A DNA stretch of 58,489 bases from the NCBI GenBank assembly GCA_050942615.1, contig JBMNNQ010000003.1:1-58489 (forward strand), read 5' to 3'. Position 1 is the first letter of the stretch, and every line of letters starts with the position of its first letter. The notes under the pieces were generated by a model that did not search any database, had not been told where the DNA came from, and worked only from the letters and a program-made list of their open reading frames with translations. The position numbers and the translations under genes are program-made. Positions 8,424-15,278 of this stretch are shown here, one piece after another. Source of the stretch: Dethiobacteria bacterium. GTDB taxonomy: Bacteria; Bacillota; Dethiobacteria; DTU022; UBA8154.

Positions 8424-10856
8424 CTAATTCGATCTGATGGTTAATGTCTTGGTGTCACCGTCCCATTCAATTTGGCCCCCCAAAGATTCAGTAACATAGC
8501 GCGCCGGCAGGTAGATCCTGCCTTCAACATTTTCTGCCTGCACATCCATCGGTTTGGTGATCCCGTTCTGGTGATAATAACTTTTCCCCATGGTCACTCC
8601 CATAATCTGATCATCTTTGATCAGCGTTACTGTTTTGGTAGCAGCATCCCATTTGATATTTTTTTCAGTGACCCCCAACACCTCGGCCATAACTCTAATT
8701 GGAAAAAAACTGCGGCCGTTCTTGATGTAAGGCACGGCATCCGCTGTTTTCACCCGGCCATCCACCGTATATTTATTTGTCCCGATGGTCAGCACCGCTT
8801 CCCTGGCCAGGACAGGTGCGGTAATGGTTACCTTTAGCAAAGCAGGTAAAAGTTGATCATAATCGCGACTGTTTCTGATGCTAATTTTTAGGAAGGCCTC
8901 CCCTGTTTTCGTCCCCCTGATTTCATTGTCCGCATGGGCTATAAGGTAATCGGCATATTCTGCCGGAACCGTAATTTCATAATGTGCCGTGATGGTATCG
9001 AGCAAAGCCCCTCTTGAAGAATAGATTTCAACCTTGGAGATATATTTGTCCAGGTTTATCCTTTCGTTTACAGCCAGGGTAATGGGGTTGTAACTTACCT
9101 TGACATAATCGTTAGGCCTTAATGTGAAATTTTTCTCCAGGTCATAACTGGCAATATTTATTTTCTCACTGGCAGAGCTGTAGCCCTCCTTGGATGCCGT
9201 AAGGGTATATGCCCCCCGTTCAAGTCCAGCCAGGGTATAATTACCGCTACTGTCCGTAAAGGTTTCTTTTTTTGTCCCGCCGGCGGTAACCGTAATTTTT
9301 ACATTGTGGAGTTTAAAGTCAGCGGTGTCTTTAATATTACCGCTCACCTTGTAGCCCGAATCCACCCTGTTGATGTTGATATCCCCAATATCAAGGCGGG
9401 AACCGGCCACCCTGATATTTGTTTCCAAAAGTTTTTTGCTGTTGTTAATAGCGGCATAAAGCTTGTAGGTACCTTCTTTGACCTCGTTAAATGTAAAAAA
9501 ACCAAAATAATTTGTCTGGGCGCTGTAGCTGTTGGCGCCCTCCAGGTAGGTGGTGATATTACCTAAACCGGACTGGCTGTCCCCCACCAGGCCGCCGGTA
9601 ACAGAGGTGCTGCCCCTTTTTTCCTGCAGTTCAGTTTGAGGAACGGGATAATAGCTGCCCTCCACCCTGATTTCCCTGCCCAGTGTTTGCGTCTGAAAGC
9701 CTAATTTTTTAAATTCAAGGGTATATCTTCCGTCTGGAACATACCTGAATTCATAATAACCTTTGGTGTCTGAAAGCACCCTTTTTATTCTGGTGCTGCC
9801 GTCAATTAACGAAACCTCAACGCCCTCAAGATATTTCCTGTTTTCGTCGACAACACTGCCGTAAACGTCGTAGCCTGTCCGGCTTTCCGTTTTAACCATC
9901 AGGTTTACTTCTCTTTCAACGTCTGCAGAGCTGATCTTTATAAAGTCCATTCTTTCTAACAGTTCATATCCGGCAGCATTTACCCCGATAGTGTATGTTT
10001 TTGCGGCAATATCCCGAAATGTGTAATATCCCCGCGCATCGGTTTTTGTTTTTATTTCTGCACCGCTGCTGTCCAGCAGGTAAACTTCTGCACCCTGCAC
10101 ATAATAACCGTCCTCGTCGGTAATTCGCCCCGTCAGGGTTCTTACGGTAGGGGCAGCGGTACCACCGGTTTTTTCCAGCCTGATCCTGCCTAAATCATAA
10201 TCCCCCGTCCGCAGACGCAGCAGGTTTTTCATTTCATAGTCACGGTAACCATATTTTGTTACAGAGACTGCATAGTCACTTAAAGGCAGGTTGACAACCT
10301 CGAAATAACCTCTGGCGTTTGTATAGCCGAGATAGGCAATATCGTCATAATCGTCAACTAACACCACCTTGGCGTCAAGGAGGGGTGCGTTATCCCTGTC
10401 GTCAAGCACGTTTCCATAAACTGTATAAACGTTTTCCCTGGTTACCCCTGCCACCAGGTACTTTGTTCCCAAGTCGATCGTCCCGACATAGTTGGAAATT
10501 GTAAAGGCCGCCTTTTTATAGCCGCTGCGGGTAATTTCAATTCTTTTCACGGTCCCGGCGGCATAAACGGGTTGCTCTATTTTGCCGTTGCTGTCGCTGA
10601 ACACACTGGTGAAGGGCACGCTGTCCCGGTCGTAAAACAGATCTACCCTGGCATTATAAACCGGGTTACCGGTCTCATCATCCCGTACAAACCCAAAAAT
10701 ATCTACCCGGGAATTAGCAAGGGCCAGCGAAGAAAACATGGTTGAAATAAAGAGAAAAACCAGAAAAATTGTTGTAATTTTTTGGATCCTGCTGTTATTC
10801 CTGTGAAACAATTTTTTTCTCCCCTTAACAGTAAAATTATGTAGAAAAAAGCACAT
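8424..10856 (-). CDS. Large secreted protein with repeated carboxypeptidase-regulatory-like domains and a C-terminal copper-amine-oxidase-N-like stalk domain
   Basis: The ORF is open to 10982, but ATG at 10856 precedes a signal-anchor (ITTIFLVFLFISTMFSSLALA). About 7 repeats fit the G-x-V-x-D pattern, e.g. ...YTL/YTI...GY (e.g. VYGNVLDDRDNAPLLDAKV, LTGRITDEDGYYVQGAEV). The C-terminus VPYIKNGRSFFPIRVMAEVLG...RIYLPARYVTESLGGQIEWD is typical of Cu_amine_oxidN1 domains. Confidence 0.75.
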   Translation of the reverse strand: MCFFLHNFTVKGRKKLFHRNNSRIQKITTIFLVFLFISTMFSSLALANSRVDIFGFVRDDETGNPVYNARVDLFYDRDSVPFTSVFSDSNGKIEQPVYAAGTVKRIEITRSGYKKAAFTISNYVGTIDLGTKYLVAGVTRENVYTVYGNVLDDRDNAPLLDAKVVLVDDYDDIAYLGYTNARGYFEVVNLPLSDYAVSVTKYGYRDYEMKNLLRLRTGDYDLGRIRLEKTGGTAAPTVRTLTGRITDEDGYYVQGAEVYLLDSSGAEIKTKTDARGYYTFRDIAAKTYTIGVNAAGYELLERMDFIKISSADVEREVNLMVKTESRTGYDVYGSVVDENRKYLEGVEVSLIDGSTRIKRVLSDTKGYYEFRYVPDGRYTLEFKKLGFQTQTLGREIRVEGSYYPVPQTELQEKRGSTSVTGGLVGDSQSGLGNITTYLEGANSYSAQTNYFGFFTFNEVKEGTYKLYAAINNSKKLLETNIRVAGSRLDIGDININRVDSGYKVSGNIKDTADFKLHNVKITVTAGGTKKETFTDSSGNYTLAGLERGAYTLTASKEGYSSASEKINIASYDLEKNFTLRPNDYVKVSYNPITLAVNERINLDKYISKVEIYSSRGALLDTITAHYEITVPAEYADYLIAHADNEIRGTKTGEAFLKISIRNSRDYDQLLPALLKVTITAPVLAREAVLTIGTNKYTVDGRVKTADAVPYIKNGRSFFPIRVMAEVLGVTEKNIKWDAATKTVTLIKDDQIMGVTMGKSYYHQNGITKPMDVQAENVEGRIYLPARYVTESLGGQIEWDGDTKTLTIRSN

Positions 10857-11185
10857 GTTAATTATATTAATTTTCTCCAAAAAAACGACGATCTCCTTCT
10901 TTTCAGAAAAAACAGGCCAAGTTTCTTTTTTAACACGCAAGAGAGCAGGGGCACCGCAGTCGGCTTCATAAATATTTTTCATGCCGGCCGGGTAAGTAAT
11001 GGTCTATATTTTATATTTTTATAAAAAACGGGAATTAAAATGAAGGTATAAAAATACAACCGGTGCAAAACGGGGGGGAAAGCCGGCTGCAGCATAAAGA
11101 AAAAATTGACCTCCAGCCTTGCGGCATAAGTAGTAATTATTTTATAACAGACTAGAACACGGAGACCAAAGGCCGCACTGGACGA

Positions 11186-11217
11186 AAACAAAAAAACCCT
11201 TCCGCAGCACGGAGGGG
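11186..11217 (-). terminator. Rho-independent terminator ending the three-gene islet
   Basis: The minus strand reads CCCCTCCG-tgctg-CGGAAGGG (one bulge) followed by TTTTTTTGTTT. It lies about 40 nt after the stop of the SecB-like gene. Confidence 0.6.
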
Positions 11218-11253
11218 TAAAAAACTGGGCTTTTTTAGTCAAACTACCTAAAC

Positions 11254-11676
11254 CTATTGTTGTTCCTTATGGTGACTATCCTTCATCAAGGCCACAATAT
11301 TTATTGTAGGTAAAATAATAGGCGGTTCACTGCCCTTATTGGATAAATCAGTTACCAGGCTCCTTAAATAAGGAAACAAAATTGCTACCGCATTGGTCTT
11401 ATAAAACGACATTATTTCATCCTCAGTCAATTCGGATGCCCCTTGAATAACAAACAACCCCATTATTTCTGCTTTTATATATAAAGACGATTTTTTACAA
11501 TTATAGTCTCCCAACTCTATTCCAAGTTTGATAACAGCTTCACACTTATCGGGTGCAACATTGACATTAAAAAATAAGTTCGGTGTTTCTATTATGTCCT
11601 CATTTTCAAAAAATGGGTTAAATTTATATACAGATTCAATAACATGATATTCTTTAAATTGTAGCGATGCTTTCAT
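11254..11676 (-). CDS. SecB-fold chaperone (candidate C component of a toxin-antitoxin-chaperone module)
   Basis: 140-aa ORF with RBS AGGGGT. The segment LYIKAEIMGLFVIQG...TNAVAILFPYLRSLVTDLSNKGSEPPIILPTINIVALM aligns by eye with E. coli SecB FLCEVQQAGIFSIAG...[37 protein letters not shown]. The gene is AT-rich. Confidence 0.75.
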   Translation of the reverse strand: MKASLQFKEYHVIESVYKFNPFFENEDIIETPNLFFNVNVAPDKCEAVIKLGIELGDYNCKKSSLYIKAEIMGLFVIQGASELTEDEIMSFYKTNAVAILFPYLRSLVTDLSNKGSEPPIILPTINIVALMKDSHHKEQQ

Positions 11677-11693
11677 TGTTACCCCTAACCTTT

Positions 11694-11999
11694 TTATGCC
11701 GCATTAACATTATAAAAACTATATTTTTTATATTTTTCAGTGATATCAATAGAACTGTGTTTTTTTACAACAATCACAATTTCATCCGCAATTTCCTGTA
11801 GTAAACTGTATTCTCCATTAACATAGTTTTTTCCTTTTAAAGAATTCAGTTCAGGAAATAAATCCTTGATACCCAGAAATATGCTATCCCCGCCATTGTT
11901 AATTTTAATGCCGGGTGAAGGCACATTAAAGGACACTTTAAAACCAAAATCCCTCGCCAGTTCCTTAGCCTTTAGCCTATCAACCGTAAAATCAAACAT
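11694..11999 (-). CDS. Small protein of unknown family, candidate antitoxin with an aromatic/basic C-terminal tail
   Basis: 101-aa ORF. Its ATG abuts the upstream stop (TAAATG), with GAGGAAG as the SD inside the upstream gene. No HTH motif was recognised. The tail reads IVIVVKKHSSIDITEKYKKYSFYNVNAA. The role is inferred from position only. Confidence 0.45.
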   Translation of the reverse strand: MFDFTVDRLKAKELARDFGFKVSFNVPSPGIKINNGGDSIFLGIKDLFPELNSLKGKNYVNGEYSLLQEIADEIVIVVKKHSSIDITEKYKKYSFYNVNAA

Positions 12000-12611
12000 T
12001 TAGGCTTCCTCACATTCTTTTATGATTATATTATCTATAACCCTTGCTTTTGCTACATCCCTGATAATTTTTATGTTTTCAAAATTTATTACATTACAAT
12101 TCCTTACACAAACCTGCACGCCGTTTAATAGCAAATTCATATTACTTAAAACCGTATTGTCAAAAAAACTTGGCACATGAAATGTTCTTTGAATTACCCA
12201 TATATCAGGCGGCAGCATCGACATAATAAAACACCTGATTTTTGCTTTTATGTCCCGTATATTTTTTCCAGTTGAATCATATTCTATACATATTCCTTGC
12301 AACTTTAAAGAATCAATAAAGTTTGATAAAGTAATGAGCCCTTCCCTTGAGTCAAGATTTAAAAAATTTAAGTCTCCAACTTTAATGATCGTTTCTACAA
12401 CAGCAGGTTTTTGCCCCCTTAAAAACAAGTTTTTAATTTTATATTTTGCCCAACAAAAAGCCTGCCGTTCGTCTTCCCTAAAAAAATAAACTCCTTGACC
12501 TAACCAATGGTCCTCCCTCATTTTATTGGTAAAGGCCTTGCTTTGCTTGATATTTAAAGCATTATGTTCGGTGGTTCCATGAAAGACATAAAAACAATTT
12601 CTTCTTGTCAT
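12000..12611 (-). CDS. DUF3990-like / ADP-ribosyltransferase-fold protein (candidate toxin)
   Basis: 203-aa ORF with RBS GGTGAT. N-terminal CFYVFHGTTEHNALNI...WLGQGVYFFREDERQAFCWA and a later NGVQVCVRN fit an H-Y-[E/D/Q] arrangement (H11, Y42, Q166) as in DUF3990/ART-clan proteins. This was read by eye, not searched. Confidence 0.55.
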   Translation of the reverse strand: MTRRNCFYVFHGTTEHNALNIKQSKAFTNKMREDHWLGQGVYFFREDERQAFCWAKYKIKNLFLRGQKPAVVETIIKVGDLNFLNLDSREGLITLSNFIDSLKLQGICIEYDSTGKNIRDIKAKIRCFIMSMLPPDIWVIQRTFHVPSFFDNTVLSNMNLLLNGVQVCVRNCNVINFENIKIIRDVAKARVIDNIIIKECEEA

Positions 12612-12666
12612 ACTATCACCAAAAATATAAAATACTTAAATTTAGTATATCAGTATTATAGAGGAT

Positions 12667-12695
12667 ATTGTAGTATAATTTTTACTTATTTGTAA
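12667..12695 (-). promoter_or_regulatory. Putative sigma-A promoter of the three-gene islet
   Basis: The minus strand reads TTACAA (12695-12690), a 17-nt spacer, then TACAAT (12672-12667). This lies about 55 nt upstream of the ATG at 12611. Confidence 0.4.
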
Positions 12696-12733
12696 TTTTA
12701 TGCCTCGCCCTTGATATTTTACAGCGTTCCTTT

Positions 12734-13930
12734 CTAAATTTTTGCCAGCTCCTTACCAAAGTCCACTGCCGCTTCCTGAGCAGCAGCCTCCGGGTTCCAT
12801 TGGTTTCTGTAACCGTCGTTGACAACTTCAAAACCCGCACCTGCCAGCAGTTCATTGATTACCTTCACCGCTTCGCCACTCCAGCCGTAACAGCCGAAGG
12901 CAGCAGCTTTTTTCCCTTTAAACTTGAACCCTTTCATCAAGTGAATAAAACCAGCAACAGAGTGCAGGACGCTGTTGGCAACAGTCGGTGAACCGATTAT
13001 TACCGCCTTGGATTTGAAAACTTCGGTAATTATGTCATTGACATCTCTTTTTGCCAAGTTATAAATTTTGACGACCACCTCCGGAGCGGCCAGTGTAATC
13101 CCCGCTGCAATCTTTTCCGCCAGTATTTTTGTTCCGTTCCACATGGTATCATAGACGATGGTAATCTGGTTTTCCTGGTAGTCGTCGGCCCACTGTGCAT
13201 ACTTTTCAACAATCTGCAGCGGGTTATCCCGCCAAACAACCCCGTGGCTGGTGGCAATCATCTCCAAGGGCAGGTTTAACGCTGTAATTTCAGCCAGTTT
13301 TTTTCGCAGGACAGCGCTAAAGGGCGTCAAAATGTTGGCGTAGTACTTAAGGGATTCATTGTAAAGATCACATTGGTCAACCTGGTCGTTAAACAGTTTT
13401 TCTGTTGCCAGGTGCTGCCCGAAGGCATCGTTGCTAAACAATATATGGTCCCCAGTCAGGTAGGTGGCCATGCTGTCCGGCCAGTGCAGCATGGGCATCG
13501 CTACAAAAACAAGCTCTTTTCCATTCCCCAGGGCAAGCGTGTCACCGGTCTTCACCACTTGGAAGTTCCAGTCTTGGTGAAACTGCCCTTTTAAAGATTT
13601 AACAGCGTTTGCCGTGCAGTAGATGGGTTTGTCTGGAATATGTTTCATCAAAGCCGGCAAGGCCCCGCTGTGATCAATTTCTCCATGGTTGGCGATAACA
13701 TAGTCAATTTTTTGCAGATCAATTTCCCGGGCCAAGTTTGCAACAAATTCCTCTGCAAAGGGGGCCCAAACCGTGTCGATCAGGGCAATTTTTTCTTCCT
13801 GGATCAGGTAGGAATTATAGGTCGATCCTTGATGGGTTGAATATTCGTTGCCATGAAATTTCTGCAGTTCCCAGTCAACTTTGCCTACCCAGTAGACATT
13901 ATTTTTAACTAACTTTTTCAATGCAAGCAC
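12734..13930 (-). CDS. Flavodiiron protein (FprA-type A-type flavoprotein, O2/NO reductase)
   Basis: 398-aa ORF with a GTG start. The metallo-beta-lactamase-like N-domain carries the diiron motif NHGEIDHSGALP. The C-terminal flavodoxin-like domain reads ITIVYDTMWNGT...AVIIGSPTVANS. Confidence 0.85.
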   Translation of the reverse strand: MLALKKLVKNNVYWVGKVDWELQKFHGNEYSTHQGSTYNSYLIQEEKIALIDTVWAPFAEEFVANLAREIDLQKIDYVIANHGEIDHSGALPALMKHIPDKPIYCTANAVKSLKGQFHQDWNFQVVKTGDTLALGNGKELVFVAMPMLHWPDSMATYLTGDHILFSNDAFGQHLATEKLFNDQVDQCDLYNESLKYYANILTPFSAVLRKKLAEITALNLPLEMIATSHGVVWRDNPLQIVEKYAQWADDYQENQITIVYDTMWNGTKILAEKIAAGITLAAPEVVVKIYNLAKRDVNDIITEVFKSKAVIIGSPTVANSVLHSVAGFIHLMKGFKFKGKKAAAFGCYGWSGEAVKVINELLAGAGFEVVNDGYRNQWNPEAAAQEAAVDFGKELAKI

Positions 13931-13967
13931 AACCTTTCTGCCAATAAATTATTTAACCCGAAACGTG

Positions 13968-14034
13968 AAAAAAACGCCGGTGCCAACTGCGAAGTTTGAA
14001 ATTGCTGTTCTAATGACCGGCGCCGGCACCGGCC
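13968..14034 (-). terminator. GC-rich stem with T7 tail between the upstream gene and fprA (terminator or leader attenuator)
   Basis: On the minus strand CCGGTGCC (about 14032-14025) pairs with GGCACCGG (13984-13977), followed by CG and TTTTTTT (13974-13968). The enclosed loop is long, about 40 nt. The element ends only about 37 nt before the fprA start. Confidence 0.35.
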
Positions 14035-14214
14035 GTGCCAGGCAACCTTTGGAAGGCTTTGCAAAAACCTAAATTACCGCTTTCGACAGTTCCCCCGGCT
14101 GGCTGCAACAAAGATGCGGCACAACGTTAATTCATAAAATAGAATATAGATCAAAAGTGGAAGAATTCTGAAGTTGCCTAAATTTCCGGCCGGCCTTAAT
14201 GGTTAAGCCTTGGC

Positions 14215-14844
14215 CTAAACTTCAGGTATATTTTGCAGATCGCTGCGCACATCGCAACACTTGATTTGTTTTTTAAACAACGGGTTTACAGCAGGGTTTC
14301 TATCCCCGAAGGTTTCCATAATTTCGTCCAGGATTTTCCTCCTGTCCAAACCTTCTTCTTCTCTTTTTTTAATCTGCTTATATACGCCAAAAACCGGCGA
14401 AGGCCCGATTTCTGATGAAAAATGCCCGATTCCCTGATTCCAGGCCAACAGCGAAAACAGTTCGTCCAATTCCTGCACAGTAACTCCTAAGGAATAGGCC
14501 TTAATCAGCTCTCTGGTTGCCTGCCTGAACCGGGAAGCACCCATGGCGTTGCTCATGGAAAGCAGCAGCTTGGTTTTTAAATCTAGGGCGGCGTCTTCTT
14601 TGCCCCAGATTAATTCCCAAAAATCGACAACCGTTCCTGCCAAGTAGTCATCGATCACCTTATAATTTACAATTGCCGTCGGTTTAAAGGGCATATCCGC
14701 CCCGCTTTCATAGGTGATTGTTTTCATTTCCGTCCGATAGAAATAAACCCTGTACTCATGATCTGAAACCTTTTCAGTCAGGTGTTCAAACCCTAAATCC
14801 TGCAGCGCTGAATATAAGGGTTTGGGTTCAAAACTTTGTACCAC
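14215..14844 (-). CDS. Hypothetical protein with a C-terminal AhpD/carboxymuconolactone-decarboxylase-like domain
   Basis: 209-aa ORF with a GTG start. The segment DLKTKLLLSMSNAMGASRFRQATRELIKAYSLGVTVQELDELFSLLAWNQG resembles the CMD/AhpD-like helical domain but lacks a CxxC motif. Confidence 0.35.
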   Translation of the reverse strand: MVQSFEPKPLYSALQDLGFEHLTEKVSDHEYRVYFYRTEMKTITYESGADMPFKPTAIVNYKVIDDYLAGTVVDFWELIWGKEDAALDLKTKLLLSMSNAMGASRFRQATRELIKAYSLGVTVQELDELFSLLAWNQGIGHFSSEIGPSPVFGVYKQIKKREEEGLDRRKILDEIMETFGDRNPAVNPLFKKQIKCCDVRSDLQNIPEV

Positions 14845-15278
14845 ACAGATACCGTTCTACAAATTCACCTGCTGCGCCCGGTGTAAAATCATGGGTAAAA
14901 AATTACCTGTTAATTTCCGAACATCAATTACGGCAAACGTTAACTTTTTATCTTCCCAGTTTGCTGTCAAGGTTTTCTCCCCCGTTCTTGGTAAGTCTCC
15001 ATACTTAATAATACTACAGAATTAACTAAAACCCTTTCATGCTCACCGTTAATTTTGTATTTAAAGGGTATGCACAGAAAACAAATAGATACTGCAATTA
15101 ATAGAAGCAAACTGCGCGGATAATAATAATCAGCAGTTCCATTAGCAAGCCCCCCGGCCCCGTTAATATTGTTCCATCCAATAAATGCAACTAACATTTT
15201 TCTGCAGTTAACTATATAATATTGATTATATAATCTGGATTATTACGGTCAACCATACGCAAAAACGGAGGAAGAAGT

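Noticed and set aside
10857-10982. 42-codon N-terminal extension of the large surface protein ORF
   Set aside because: The extension is AT-rich and precedes the obvious signal-anchor. ATG 10856 gives a normal secretory N-terminus, so the shorter model was preferred.
10979-11242. 87-aa minus-strand ORF in the spacer downstream of the SecB-like gene
   Set aside because: It spans the islet terminator hairpin and T-tract and has no RBS. Its composition fits an intergenic promoter region for the surface-protein gene.
14040-14110. GCAAAGCC and GAAA motifs in the fprA upstream region reminiscent of a c-di-GMP-I (GEMM) riboswitch
   Set aside because: The flanking sequences do not form the two required helices around the GNRA loop and its receptor, so the resemblance is limited to short strings.
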